Shown here piece after piece: positions 38,650 to 54,938 of a stretch of 64,000 bases of DNA (the stretch's first letter is position 1; each line of letters begins with the position of its first letter). The notes beneath the pieces were generated by a model. That model did no database searches. It was not told where the DNA came from and saw only the letters and a list, made by a program, of their open reading frames with translations. The translations under genes and the position numbers were made by a program. The DNA comes from Octopus vulgaris (taxonomy: Eukaryota), in NCBI GenBank assembly GCA_951406725.2, contig OX597814.1, forward strand, positions 220,782,001-220,846,000, written 5' to 3'.

Positions 38650-39642
38650 GTATCTAAGCCAAAACAAAATTAAAATATTTCCTACGATAATAAGTAAACA
38701 TTATTCAAAAGTATATGTTCCGTGGTCGAGACATGACATCGATTTCACTGGTCCGTTAAATGGTTCTTACTACTTAGTGGCAGTTGATAGTTTCTCGTAA
38801 TAGCCAGAAATTTGTAAGTGTAAAAAACCAACCTCCTCAACTGTGATAAATTTTTTATATGAATTGTTTGTTAGATTTGACATCCCAGACAAGATAATGT
38901 CTGACAATGGAACATAAACTGTGTTAAGCGAATTTGAAAAAAAAAATGGTGAAGCGTTCACGGTAGAACATATAATTACGGTGCCATACCACCCCAGATC
39001 CACTGGACAGGCGGAACGCTTTGTCGATAGCTTCAAAAGAACCCTTAAAAAATCGAATGAGGAAGTCACAAATTAGGTAACTTTACAATAATTCTTAAGA
39101 GAGTACCGTGCGACACCAAATCTGAATACATCAACAGGTAACTCTCCAGCGGGGCTGATGTTTGCGAGGAAAGTAAAAATCTATCTTTGATAAATTGCGA
39201 CCTGGTGAGAAAAGAAAAAAGGGTCAGGGAAGACATAGCAAGACTCTTTAAAGTTGGTGCAAAAGGTGTATATGAGGGCATACAAGAATGGAAAGCAGAG
39301 TTGGGAAGATGGCGTAACTACCAAATAAATGCTTTGGTAAAATGATGGTATACAAAAGAGACACAGGAACCAACTGGAAAAGAGGATCGTGGAAAGCGAA
39401 CCAAAGAGGTTGGAGTGGAATGGTTGTACGACACGTTCCAAGTACCAACACCACTGCTAGTGATTGAACCCAGGCGTGCAGGTGAGAGGAAAAGAAAACG
39501 TGCAGAGTACCTGAAAATATATGCCAAGCGAAAAAAATATTAAATTGTAGGGAAAGAACCCTCAAAAAAGGGAGGTAGGGTGAATGAAAATGATCATTGC
39601 TAGATAAAAATGACACTTCCTAAAAAAACTTAGAAGGGGAGA
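38650..39642 (+). mobile_element. Gypsy/Ty3 LTR retrotransposon integrase remnant + PPT
   Basis: HIDFTGPLNGSYYLVAVDSFS, PDKIMSDNG, PYHPRSTGQAERFV..FKR; PPT AGAAGGGGAGA just before the LTR. Confidence 0.88.
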
Positions 39643-39823
39643 TGTTGTAGGGAATTAGTAATGATGGTACATCCCTCCCATGTGACACGTGATATGAATG
39701 AGTCCCTATAAATAGGAGAGTACGAGACAGTACATAATAGGTGGTCAGAGATAGTCGTGTCTTTACTGGTTTTACTGTATACCGAAGTGGCGTTATAATA
39801 ATAAACATTTTAAGGATATAACA
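39643..39823 (+). mobile_element. 3' LTR (~181 bp) of the Gypsy element
   Basis: TGTTGTA...TATAACA termini, CCCTATAAATAGG TATA box, AATAAA. Confidence 0.8.
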
Positions 39824-39959
39824 CATACATGCATGCATGCATACATACATACATACATACATACATACATACATACATACATACATACGTATATACATAC
39901 ATACATACGTACGTACATACATACATACATACATATATATATATATACATACATATACA

Positions 39960-41590
39960 GAAAAGGCTAAAATTAATGTCATCCACATTTTTGTTGATGA
40001 CCTACAAATATATTCTGGTACCACCATCAATACGAAGGGACATTTACAACTAGTCTCACGAGACATAGGAAAGAAGTTTGGGGAAGATAATGCTCATGCA
40101 TAATAGCGGCCGAGATTGTCGCCCAAACAGAAAACATGTATGAGTTATCTATCTCCGCTCTCTAATGATGAAAACTACAAATATCTCGGAGCCGATAAGA
40201 ATGTTACATGCGTTGGTACTGTGACTAAAGCGAGAATAACAAAAGAGTATTTCTGTAGACACAGGAAAATATGGAACTCAGACCTGTATTATTTAACAAA
40301 ACCTAATCTCACAATGCTTTTTCACTGCTAGTGGTAATATCAACATTTGGGATATTGGACTGGATGAGTTCATGCAGCTTGGAAGTTGACGAAATCTGGC
40401 AGCTTGGAAGTTGACGAGATCTTGCAGCTTGGAAATCAAAGCTAAAAAGGTACTGATAAGCATTGGTAAGTTATACATTAACAGAGACATCGATAGGATG
40501 TATGTGAGACCGAATGATGGCGGTAGAAGCATAAAGTCATTCCAAACAGTCTTTGTATTACTCAGACAACAACTACTGAAGAGTAAAGAAATAAATGAGT
40601 ACATTCTATGCATGATCAAAAGGGAGAGCAACAACATTTTCAGAGTTATAGAACTGTGCAGGTACTCTGAGAATACAACTGTCTCGTGCGACTCAAAGAA
40701 GGCTGGACTGGCCTATCTAAACAGAAGTTTGAAGGAGAAGCGGGCATCATACCAGCAAAAAGCAATGCATGGGTACATATCAGCTAGAGGATAACAACAG
40801 TATTGGCAGGAAGAGTAGCCTTCCCTGGACCTGCGACAGATACATTACATCCCACCTAGAATGATATGCCTTGGCTATCCAGGAACAGGAGTTAGCTCCT
40901 AAATACCTTATAAATAAGAGAGACAAAGATACCACCAAGCCTCCGTTGTGATAGAAAATTCTGGTTCTGCTACACCAGTGTGGGAGATATCAGCCACATC
41001 ATCAGCAGCTACCCTAAAATGTCTGCGAGATATTTCTTGCCTCTGAGGCAGGATACAGCAGCAAAAATTATTTACAGTGCTATCCGCAGGAAAGATTGCC
41101 CTAGCGTGTTATACATGAAAGGCATATCAGAACCAGCATGCATTCACACCTTTAAAAACAAGGAATACTAGTGGAACACTTCAATAAGAAAATAAATTAG
41201 GTACAAACATAACATAACTAATATGGTTGTGTGGGACATGGAACAAAAGTAATGCACTGTTGCAGAGGTCAGCTGCCCAGCCAATGTGTATTTATCAGCA
41301 AAAGACCATGAAAAAGAGATCATTTATGGTAAATCAATGCAGAACTTACTGACCTTGTAACCTGCCAATAAATTCTCATTTATACCTGTCATCATAGGTG
41401 CATAGGTACATATCATCATAGGTGCTACATACCTACAAAGTTACACAAAAGCCTAGAAATCCCAAGTTTTTCGAAGATGCAATCTCCAGATCCAATCTAT
41501 TAGTGGCACAATGATGATTTGTAAGACATCTCAAAGAGTCTCTACCAGAGATTCTTAAGGTGAATAGATGCACATACACTTAGGTGTGAT
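39960..41590 (+). mobile_element. R4/Dong-type LINE (second subfamily): RT C-part to REL endonuclease, degenerate
   Basis: HIFVDDLQIY, YKYLG, DIDRMYVRPNDGGR, AIQEQE, HIISSYPKMSARYFLPLRQD, VAEVSCPAN, FIPVIIGA. Confidence 0.85.
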
Positions 41591-41592
41591 AT

Positions 41593-41635
<43 letters not shown>

Positions 41636-42040
41636 TCTGTGTTTAATACGTTTCTGTTGTTGACATATTGAACATATACTGAATGAATCACTCAAATATA
41701 GTTTGCGTAGTCGACATAATATTTAATATTAACAGTGACTTTTGACTTGGAAACTTCTTAAAAATTGCTCTATAAATATATATGCATATATATTTATTTA
41801 GATGTAGGTATTCTTGAAGTTTAGAACACTGAAAAGAAAGCAATAACTAATAAAACAAAAATGACCCTTTAGTAAAAGTGGATTCTAAATATTTGTTAAA
41901 GAGAAAGAACGACAGAGTCGTCAAGTTTTGCCCCGAGAATGTCTGTTAGGTTGCTCTTGGCCAAATTTCGAAGTCACCGTCGCCCTTTCTTCCTGTGTAA
42001 TAAGTATGCAAAGACATACACCCATACATAGACACACACT

Positions 42041-42425
42041 TGGAAGCACTCCATCGGTTACGACGATGAGGGTTCCGGTTGATCCGAATCAACGGAACAG
42101 CTTGCTCGTGAAATTAACGTGTAAGTGGCTGAGCACCCCACAGACACGTGTACCCTTAACGTAGTTCTCGGGGATATTCAGCGTGACACAGAGAGTGACA
42201 AGGCCGGCCCTTTGAAATACAGGTACACCAGAAACAGGAAGTAAGAGTGAGAGAAAGTTGTAGTGAAAGAGTAGAGCAGGGATCACCACCATTCCCTGCC
42301 GGAGCCTCGTGGAGCTTTTAGGTGTTTTCGCTCAATAAACACTCACAACGCCTGGTCTGGGAATCGAAACCGCGATCCTATGACCGCGAGTCCGCTGCCC
42401 TAACCACTGGGCCATTGCACCTCCA
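42041..42425 (-). mobile_element. SINE family 1
   Basis: Near-identical to 2152-2539. Confidence 0.9.
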
Positions 42426-43382
42426 ATACACACACACACACACACACAGACAGTCACATACATACGAATATGTGAGTATATATGTGTTTGTATCAACGAA
42501 AGCGTATTATATTTAATGACCTGAAACTTACTTCAAAACAACAATATTTTTTCTCATAAGTCTATGTAAAGTCAATCACAGAACATATATGTAAATATAA
42601 CTCGATTCCTTACCCTATCATTCCTCTTACACTATTCTCCTTATTCCGTCTCGTTATCACCAACCTATTACGTTATTGTTATTATTATTATTGTTTATTA
42701 CGTAAAAGGAAATGTTACCTGATATCTGTCGAATTCTTATCGGTCTTCACATTTATCTATTTCTGGGTAATTTGAAAGTCGTTTTACTTTCTAACCACAT
42801 ATGTTTGTTTTCTTTTTATTTTGATTTTCCTACTCTGTCCAATAAAACGCAAAAAAAAAAAAAAATTCAAAAGAAAAAACAAAAAACAAACGAACAAAAG
42901 AACATTAACAGAAAACCCCTATCTGCACATAAATTTTTTTGTTTGAAGTATCTATTATCTCAGAGAAAAGTAAAGAAAAGGATAATTTACAGACACTTTA
43001 TACTTTTTGGTTTTTCTTCACGATGTGTATCAGGTTGAATTTCTGATAATTTCTTTCATAAATAATTTTTTTTTTTGGTTTCATACACAAATTAATTTTT
43101 TTCCGCCTGTTTCGTTAAATTTTTTTTTTATCAAGGAGAGTTAATTACTAAGGAGAGCGAACCATAACTGTTAATAATTCCAGTTCTAGTTATCTCTAGC
43201 TTCTGTAATGTTGCATAACTCTCTCTATGGTTAGAGTGCTATGTTAGTTTATATGTGTATCGTTCGTACAGAAGGGATTTGTGCTCATTAATCAAAGGTT
43301 AACGAATGGTTCAAGGTTCTCTTTTCAGTTAATTACTGAGTTGGTGTTTGTCTTTTAGTTTATGTAACATATTCATTTATTA

Positions 43383-43667
43383 TTTTACTTGTTTCAGTCA
43401 TTAGACTGCGGCCATGTTGAAAAATTTGGGTCGAACAGCTCGACCCCATTACTTATTTGTTTTAAGCATGTTGGTGTGTTAAGCAGTGATGGGGGACACA
43501 GCGCCACAAAGACAGACAGACACACACATACACACATAAACACACGCATACACAAACACACATATATGCGACAAGCTTCTTTCAGTTTCCGTCTACCAAA
43601 TCCATTCACAAGGCTTTGATCGCCCCGAGTCTATAGTAGAAGACACTTGCCCATAGTGCCACGCAAT
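43383..43667 (-). mobile_element. Deleted SINE family 2
   Basis: Homology to 22585-22984. Confidence 0.75.
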
Positions 43668-44099
43668 GCCAAAGCGTCTCACCACGAACCAACCAACTAC
43701 TGCAAGAATACGAAACACACGTCATTTCTACAGTTCTTCCGCTACCTAAAAACGATGAGCCAGTAAGTCTACCGATCGAATTTCTCATTTTCTCCACCTC
43801 AAATATTTGTGAAAATATCAGTATGTTTCTCATGAATATTCGTCTTTTAGTTTCACAGGAGAAATAAATGATTTAGTAAAATACAGGATATTCAAAACAC
43901 TGAATCACCAAAAATAGATACCAGAGAAGAAAAAGTATAACAACTTCAAAATAATCAAAGTAAGTATTTTCATATTAAGTGCATGCACTCCTATTCGATT
44001 TTTCGGCAAGTGGTTTCAGCTTTCTTGAACTGAGGATTGCAGACACACCTAAATCACTAACGCTTTCAGAAATTTAGCAAATTTATAAGACACCCGAAG

Positions 44100-44130
<31 letters not shown>

Positions 44131-44135
<5 letters not shown>

Positions 44136-44605
44136 CAGTAAAAAATAAATACAGACATGGACAAGAACATGAAACACCAAAGAGACGACACAAGAACCAC
44201 AGGACGGGACATTCGAAGCCCTCAGTCATCAGTCAAGGACCAGATCATCTTCGCAATTTCGGCTGATTAATCTTGAGATTGCTCCGATCTGGGCAGCCCC
44301 CAAGGGAAATCTAAGCCAAGCGCATTAGATCCCTTGGAAGAAAGCTTCGAATGTATACAACACGAGGACGGAAAACGAATGAAGTACACGAACAAAAATA
44401 CAGAATACGTGACAACAATAAGGAAAGCACGAATAAGAATACAAAAACGTAAAAACAATAACGGTAAGGATAAAAAACAAAACAAAACCAGGACGTAGGA
44501 CAAGGGTCTTTCGACAGGACGAGTTGAGTTGGGGCTGGCTTATGAAATTGTGCCTAATGGCCGCGGGAGACGAACAAATACGTGTTGCTTCGACGACTGC
44601 GCACG
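44131..44605 (-). mobile_element. Probable Penelope-terminus element abutting (TA)n
   Basis: Architecture like the other TA-inserted elements; reverse complement has GGCTG...CAGCC GAAA and CTGATGA motifs. Confidence 0.4.
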
Positions 44606-44619
44606 TATGCATGTGTCCA

Positions 44620-44656
44620 TGTATGTATTTATGTATGTGTGTGTGTGTTTCTTGTT

Positions 44657-44697
<41 letters not shown>

Positions 44698-44898
44698 GTC
44701 TGTGTTTATCCCTCCACCATAGCTTGACACCCGATGTTGGTGTGCTTACGTCCCCGTAGCTTAACGGTTTGGCAAAAGAAACTGACAGAATAAGTACTAG
44801 GCTTACAAAGAATAAGTCTTGCGGGTGATTTGTTCGACTAAAATGCGGTGCTCTAGCATGGCCGCAGTCAAATGGCTGAAACAAGTAAAAGAATAAAA
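44620..44898 (+). mobile_element. SINE family 2, 3' half
   Basis: Homology to intact copies. Confidence 0.75.
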
Positions 44899-46055
44899 GT
44901 GCCATTAAACTCTCCGTACGCTAAAAGGGTCAACTATCTTTGACGAGAGCTCGATATAATGTCACATTTACTGTCAGCTTGTAATTGTTTCCCAGAAAAG
45001 CAAGAAGCCAAACGTTTCCTAGAAGGGAAGGAAGTAGTGGACCGATATGATCAGAATTCGACAGCAGCTCGTCAAGCGCGCATCTATAATATGCAATAGA
45101 ATTTAGGTCACAATCTTGCTTTACGCAAGGGTTATCTCTAATCTCTGGTGCTCGGCACAAATATCCATAAATAACAAGATTTCATCGCAGTAATAAACTC
45201 TTATCAACATTCTTGTATGTGCACTGTAATCTTTTTTTTTATATTATCTTCACCGGTCAAGTTCCTTAATCCTGTTTACTTCAATTTACACAGTTGTAGT
45301 TCTTGACAAGTTTAGGTCCAGTCATTATGGAGTATAGTGTAACTAAGGCAACAATATCCTTCGTGATCTTAGCCTTTTTGTTAGACAGAAAGGTGCCCTC
45401 ACATTTGACATAGAGCTACTGTTGTACACGCAAAATCCGTCTACTACAGTGACTGTACTTTAATGCAATTGTTTTAAACTATTGACTTTAAAAGGATTAA
45501 CCTAGAAGCTTGCCTTTCAGGTTAGAAAGTCAAATTGTGGCGGTTTCTGTTTCTGAATGAGAGTCAGGTAAGCCAGGCATTCACATAATGTTCTGCAGCA
45601 GGGGTCATTTATATGACGAGGTTGATGAAATTTGCTCTTTCTATTACGAACTATGTACTGCTTAGTTGGCGAGGTAGTAGAATTAGTAAAATATCAGTCT
45701 GTCATTCACTAACTCTTGAGTCCAAATCCAGTTACGATCCGTTTTTATTTCATCCCTCCTTAGTGTTAATTTAATGTTCACAACCCTATACTTTAAAAGT
45801 TTGTGGCCGTTTTTTCAACCAGTGTAAGCAATGACTCTTATTCTTTGTACTCTTTCATCACCGAAGATTGGTGTTATCAATTCGTCTGTGTCCCATTATT
45901 AGTATAATATCCATTTTAATAGACGGAGAAGCCTCTATAATATTAGTTCAGCTTGCTCGAAATAATAGCAAAATCTCCAAGCTGTTTCCGTCAATCAGTT
46001 GAAGGTGACCACGCAGGCAATTTGAAACCGCTGTCAACAATTCTTTGTTAAACTC

Positions 46056-46150
<95 letters not shown>

Positions 46151-46491
46151 TGTATACAAAGACATAGATACACATACTCATATCAATGTAAATATGAGAA
46201 CTGAATGAAACCACTAAGTATTTAGGCATGGCGGTTGAAACCAGATTGAAGTGGTTGTAGTTGGCAAGAGATCACAGCTAGACACCTTCTGCAGGTGAAG
46301 AATAATTCAATCCTTACTGTCCCACTCAAGCGAAGCTTAAAAGCTAAGGGTCCGAAACGCTAGATATCTGCTGAGAATACACAAGGGTTTTCCGACATTG
46401 CTATGGATTCAGAAGTAGAGCGTAGATAAATCTATGAATAACTCCTGCAGTCACTGCTGTAGTTTGAAGCGAATTGAGTTCGTTCCAAACT

Positions 46492-46863
46492 TTGGAAGCA
46501 CTCCGTCTGTTACGACGACAAGGGTTCCGGTTGATCCGAATCAACGGAACAGCCTGCTTGTGAAATTAACGTGTAAGTGGCTGAGCACTCCACAGACACG
46601 TGCACCCTTAACGTAGTTCTCGGGGATATTCAGCGTGACACAGAGAGTGACAAGGCCGGCCCTTTGAAATTCAGGTACAACAGAAACAGGAAGTAAGAGT
46701 GAGAGAAAGTTGTGGTGAAAGAGTACAGCAGGGATCACCACCATCCCCTGTCGGAGCCTCGTGGAGCTTTTAGGTGTTTTCGCTCAATAAACACTGGGAA
46801 TCGAAACCGCGATCCTACGACGGCGAGTCCGCTGCCCTAACCACTGGGCCATTGCGCCTCCAC
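46492..46863 (-). mobile_element. SINE family 1 with a small deletion
   Basis: TSD TTCGTT(C/T)CAAACT at 46479-46491 and 46864-46876. Confidence 0.9.
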
Positions 46864-47205
46864 TTCGTTTCAAACTACAGTAGGGCGCAACACCCTGAAT
46901 AAAGCCGCATACACTTTTAACCAGATAAACAAACTGGATGGCAAAACACACGCACGCACACACACACACACACATTGCGAGATATCCATGCAGTAGAAGA
47001 AAAAAATGCGTAGATGTATTATTTTCCCTATTCATTGAATTGTTTTGTTTGTTCACTGAGTTAACTATTTATGAGACAAAGGGCGATCCTTGGATTTAAC
47101 TATTAGATGAGATACACTGGGAGTGTTTTACCATGAATCATCATCGGCTGTTCCTTGCAATTAGATGGAGTTAGCCACAACATGATTATAGTAGAGTGTA
47201 TAAAC

Positions 47206-47260
<55 letters not shown>

Positions 47261-47269
47261 GTGTGTGTA

Positions 47270-47976
47270 TAAATAATAACAAAGGGTGAAATTAATTAAT
47301 TAAGAAGTAATCAGTAATTTCACCAAGTAGAATTCGTCATGCAAAGGACCAATTCATGGTAAGTTTCAGTAATACTAAATAATTAGGGTTCAGCAACGAT
47401 TTGCAATTTCTAAACTTTTTGGAATAGCTAAGATTTTTTGACTGCTATTTCTAAACTTCGGTGTGTGGTGAAGCAAATCGTTGCTGGACCCTAATTATAT
47501 AGTATGGAGTGTGAGTATATGCACTCATATGTATATATATATGTTGTATTGTGGGTACGCACCCACACCCATGTGGGTATATATGTAGACTGAGTTATAT
47601 TACATAATCTCCGAAGAGGCCTTGTGATATTTTTGTTAATGTCTCATTTATATCTATATATTGACCAACCATAAAGAGCTAATATTGGTAAAATGAGACA
47701 TACTTATCGACATGGCCGAAACAGCTGTAAGTTCTAATTTATACTTATATTTATATTTACTTGTATTTATATTCTTTTTTATATATATTCTACTTATTAT
47801 ACAACATTACTCTTTTATGTACACTTTTTTATGTACATTCCTTTATGTACACTGATTTGTTCTGCTTTTTATATTTAACCCTACAGTCTCTTATGTGGTG
47901 GTTTAATAAAGTATGTGATTGAGTATTATCTGGTAATTGACATTTGATTTAGATATATTTCTCCATTTTCTTATCT

Positions 47977-47978
<2 letters not shown>
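47270..47978 (+). mobile_element. TA-inserted Penelope-terminus element with internal inverted repeat and hammerhead-like motif
   Basis: IR 47372-47404/47473-47505; CCGAAGA GGCC...GGCC GAAAC AGCT GTA at 47611-47729. Confidence 0.6.
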
Positions 47979-48041
<63 letters not shown>

Positions 48042-48224
48042 CAGCGAAGTGTTGAAGATGTATTATAAAATGATACCAAAGGACAAAATGTCAGATTGAC
48101 AAGAATGATAACAAACTAAAATACAACAGGAATTGGAGCCATGTCTGAAGCAGAAAATATAAGAATAAGTAAACAGAGAGAAGTAAATAAAATCAATTAT
48201 TTTTGACGGGTACCATGCTGATAT

Positions 48225-48276
<52 letters not shown>

Positions 48277-48283
<7 letters not shown>

Positions 48284-48509
48284 TATTAGGGAATAAATCC
48301 AAACTTACAGGGAAAAATCAGATTTAGGATTGAATCCAAATTTATAGTAAAATATTATATTATATTAAATTAGAGATAAAACCACTATTAGGCAAATCAT
48401 ACAATTAATTTTGATATATATTTAAAATAATATAAATTAATTAATCTTATGTATTGGCTTAAGTTTTTCATTGTATGATTTGCCTAATAGTGGTTTTATC
48501 TCTAATTTA

Positions 48510-48515
<6 letters not shown>
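48277..48515 (-). mobile_element. AT-rich fold-back element, same family as 12623-12890
   Basis: Reverse-complement homology; (TA)n flanks. Confidence 0.75.
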
Positions 48516-48579
<64 letters not shown>

Positions 48580-48973
48580 CATGTTTATATAATATGCATA
48601 TATGTATGTAAATACATGTGTATATAATATGAATATATGTATGTAAATACGTGTGTGTATGTGTGTGTGTGAGAGCGTGTTTCTTTCAGTGAGTGCACGG
48701 GCGTGCATGCATGCATGCACCAGCTCTCTCACGTATTTGTTTGAGTTTAGAGGCGATAGAAACGAACATTCAGTGCAGAAATACAGAAGAGGGAAAACTA
48801 TTTGTTACGTCACCGATTATTTGCATGGATTTGTACAGTATTTATAATAAAAAATATAATGAATGGGCAGTCATAGAAAATAGTATATGAATAGAGAATA
48901 GGAAGACTTAACCGTATAAAAGCCAAATGTATAAAAGACAAATATATATATATATAATATATATACATATATT

Positions 48974-49039
<66 letters not shown>

Positions 49040-49669
49040 TATGTGTGCATGATACATATATTTATGTGTCAATGGAATTGACGTATAAAAAATATCAAAT
49101 GTAGTATGATTATATAAAACTGAACACGTTTCTCTCTCTATCTCCATACATACATCCATCCATACATACATACGTACATACATACATATATACATACATA
49201 CATACATACATGTACATCCATCCATCCATCCATATATACATACATACATACATACATACATACCTATATACATACGTGTATGTATACAAATATAGATGCA
49301 GTTCTATGTACATATGCAGATGCACACAAAGTGGAAGAAAATGCGCACACTTATGAATAGACATTCAAATAAACACACATTTATTAACAGTTTGTTAGAT
49401 TAAGATAGTTTACATCATCTAAATCAGCTTTTCCAGTGTCCACTTATCAGTCTATACACACCACACACACACGCACACATACACACACCACACACACACA
49501 CACACATAAATACAAACGCTCACACTTACATAAACGCACATATAGACATATATGTATATATGTGAATATATATGCATAGATATATGTGTCTTGTACGAAT
49601 TTTATATATATATATATTCATGTCAGTATAGTCATATGCGTAAATGTTTGCATGCATGTATACACACAG

Positions 49670-51215
<1,546 letters not shown>

Positions 51216-51332
51216 ATACATACATACGCACATACACACCTTCCTGCACACGTATACATATATAAAGACACAATATACACACATGTATGTATGTATGTAT
51301 GTATGTTTGTGTGTGTGTGTGTATTATATACA

Positions 51333-51550
51333 TTCTTCTATTCTTTTACTTGTTTCAGTCATTTGACTTCGACCATGCTGTAGCACCGCCTTTAGTCGAA
51401 CAAATCATCCTCAGAGCTTATTCTTTGTAAGCCTAGCACTTATTCAATCGGTCTCTTTTGCCGAACCGCTAAGTTACGGGGATGTAAACATATCAACATC
51501 GGTTGTCAAGTGATAGAGTGGTGGGGCCAAACGCAGATACATACACAAAT

Positions 51551-51615
<65 letters not shown>

Positions 51616-51727
51616 CGGCGGTCTTCTTTCAGTTTCCGTCTACCGAATCTAGTCACAAGGCTTTGGTCGGCAGGGACTATAGTGGTTGGAAAGCAAGCTT
51701 CTTACCACACAGCCACTCCTGCGCCTA
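51333..51727 (-). mobile_element. SINE family 2 with an internal deletion
   Basis: Homology to intact copies. Confidence 0.8.
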
Positions 51728-52092
51728 TTCGTACATACATATATATATATGCTTGATTTTATGTCATATTATTATCAAAACAGTTTAACATTAAACTCAA
51801 GGATTACTCATGGCTGTTTTTAGAGTATAAAGTCATTAACTTTTACAAAGAAGAAGTTAACATTGACTCAATGTTTCAACTTTCTTGTCTTTATCAGATT
51901 GTTATTCACTCGGCTTCTCTTTAACTTTACTTTAATCTTTTGCAAGTTGATTTTTGTTAAGATAGATACATGCGGATGATAAGTTGGTGTCGTGTAGATA
52001 TACCGTTGAAATATATGGTTGCTATAAATATCGCTTTAAACATGGATTTATCTATGAAAATCTGTATTCATTTGGGATGTATAGGTAACATC

Positions 52093-52482
52093 GTGGAGGC
52101 GCAATGGCCCAGTGGTTAGGGCAGCGGACTCGCGGTCGTAGGATCGCGGTTTCGATTCCCAGACCGGGCGTTGTGAGTGTTTATTGAACGAAAAACACCT
52201 AAAAGCTCCACAAGGCTCCGGCAGGGATGGTGGTGATCCCTGCTGTACTCTTTCACCACAACTTTCTCTCACTCTTACTTCCTGTTTCTGTTGTACCTGT
52301 ATTTCAAAGGGCCGGCCTTGTCACTCTCTGTGTCACGCTGAATATCCCCGAGAACTACGTTAAGGGTGCAACGTGTCTGTGGAGTGCTCAGCCACTTGCA
52401 CGTTAATTTCACGAGCAGGCTGTTCCGTTGATTCGGATCAACCGGAACCCTCGTCGTCGGAACCGACGGAGTGCTTCCATCC
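52093..52482 (+). mobile_element. SINE family 1, full length
   Basis: 12-bp TSD ATAGGTAACATC at 52081-52092 and 52483-52494. Confidence 0.92.
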
Positions 52483-53722
52483 ATAGGTAACATCATGCAG
52501 TTACGTGTATGCATATTATGTCTACAATATTATGATATAAATACAATCAGCTACGCTAGAAGCAGAGTAGAAAATCCTTTTAATTATTTATAGTGACATA
52601 ATCTTCTCAATCCCAACGTTCGCAAGTTACTCAGTCCGACATTTCGTTCTAGAAATGTGACAACACCAACTAAACCACAGTCTGATCTATGCTGTGTGAT
52701 CAACTGATTTATCTACAAACATTCTTTCGTGAATGCTATAAAAATGGCAACAAAACAAAAACAAAAACAAAAAGAAGGCACTTTCGTGTTCAAAGAACGT
52801 CTGACGTGAATTTTGTCACATCTATTTATAAACTTTACTTCTACGCCTGACTGACCCAAACAATAAAAATTCCATCATCAAACCAAAATAAATCTCCTCA
52901 CCATAATGTACAAATACATGCTTTCCTCTTATCATCCTTTATCTTTATTACATTACTACTTCCTCGGTCTACTGCAGCAAACCTAATTACCATCCACATA
53001 GCTCCACCTATCCAGACTGTAATTTATATACAAATATATAAAACCGAAAAGTTCTATGGGGGTAGAGTAGAAGTCCGTGGGTACTGACACCTGACAAGGT
53101 ATGGAAAACAAGAAATAGGAATATATTCCTTTTATGCTTGATCTGCGGGAAAAAAAGAGGCGGAATAACTTGACAGACCGTTCCACGGTTTGCTGACCAT
53201 TCTTCAGAGAAGCAGTACCTGGCTTTTTCCCTATAATTAATTAACACATATTTAATGCCTAACACAACTTAAATCATAAATACTGAGATAAAATTAAATA
53301 TTAGAAAACATAACCATGAGAAAAAATCTGATCATAAATAGCAGCGAAATAAACAATGCTATTGATTGGTAGAGGAAACCAGAAGTGGTCAAAGAAACAT
53401 GAAACGGACCACCGGGGAATTCTCAACCCTTGTTTCCGCACATCAAAAGCAAAGAAAAAATGTATTTACATTAGTATTTCACTGTCTATCAAATTTACAA
53501 CAAAATGATGTTTATACGTACGTATGTATTAATGTTTGTATGGATGTATGCATATCTGTATATGTATGTATGCGTCCATATTTACGTTTGTTTGACTACG
53601 TCCCATAACTTTGTGGATCAGCAAATGGAAATCAAGAAAATAAGTACAAAATTTTAAATATAGGTACTGGAATCAATAAATCAATGAAATCGACTAAACC
53701 AATGAGTGGAACCAGTAAAAGA

Positions 53723-53791
<69 letters not shown>

Positions 53792-53923
53792 TATACATAT
53801 ATGTGTGTATATATATATATATGTCCAAGTGTATATATATATATATATATTTCGGCAAATCGATAAAGAGCTACGAATTCAAAAACAAAAGAACGTTCAC
53901 AGGGAATATTATTAATTTGATGA

Positions 53924-53976
<53 letters not shown>

Positions 53977-54789
53977 CGTGTGTGTATGTGTGTATATACA
54001 TGTATATGTATACATCTATTTATATGCATATATGTATATATATATATATACACACACACATACACACACATATGTAAGCGTGTATGTATGTATATATTTC
54101 TACGTATACAAATGTATACTTATTTACGTATTCCCACACATTTACACACATATCCACACACACACACACACACACACTCACACATATACGCACACACCAC
54201 TTTTAATCGGCAGAAGGTTACACAAATGACTCAAAGACTTATTAAACTATGTTCATAGACACATCGTGTCTACTAAGCATACACACACACATACGCATGT
54301 ATATGTATACGCATACACATATGCGTGCATATTATATAGATATATATATATATACATAGGTATATATGTATGTACGTATGTATGATACATAGAGAACACA
54401 CATACACACAAACACAAAAAAGAAAAGCCACCCGTAAGACAGGATCAGAATTATTAGGTAGATGTTCAGAGAAGCGGAAACAGTAAAATTATGACATTTC
54501 GCACGTCTTTCTTCGGAAAAGAGACGAAGAGCGGAAAGAGAAAGAGGAAAAAACGAAGGGGAAAAAATCCCGGCGATTACATGGTATGTATGTATGTATG
54601 TATGTATGTATGTATGTATGTATGTATGTATGTATGTATGTATGTATGTATATGTTCACATATATATGCTTATATATATATATATTCTTATATGTATATA
54701 TGTGTGCATATATGCTTATATGTGTATTTATATTCGTACGTATGCATATTCATATATTTTTACATGTATTTAAATATATACCCAAGTAT

Positions 54790-54844
<55 letters not shown>

Positions 54845-54894
54845 TATACAAATGCATATATGTATATATATATATACATATATATATATGTATG

Positions 54895-54938
<44 letters not shown>

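Noticed and set aside
44930-45640. Coding-like unique sequence on the minus strand
   Set aside because: Multiple stops, no recognisable motif, no consistent splice sites.
46325-46365. Possible hammerhead (..GCGAAGC..GTCCGAAACGC)
   Set aside because: No CUGANGA core and no closing stems.
52093-52170. tRNA genes at SINE heads (and 59041-59113)
   Set aside because: Cloverleaf is incomplete and continuous with a repeat body; these are tRNA-derived heads, not functional tRNAs.
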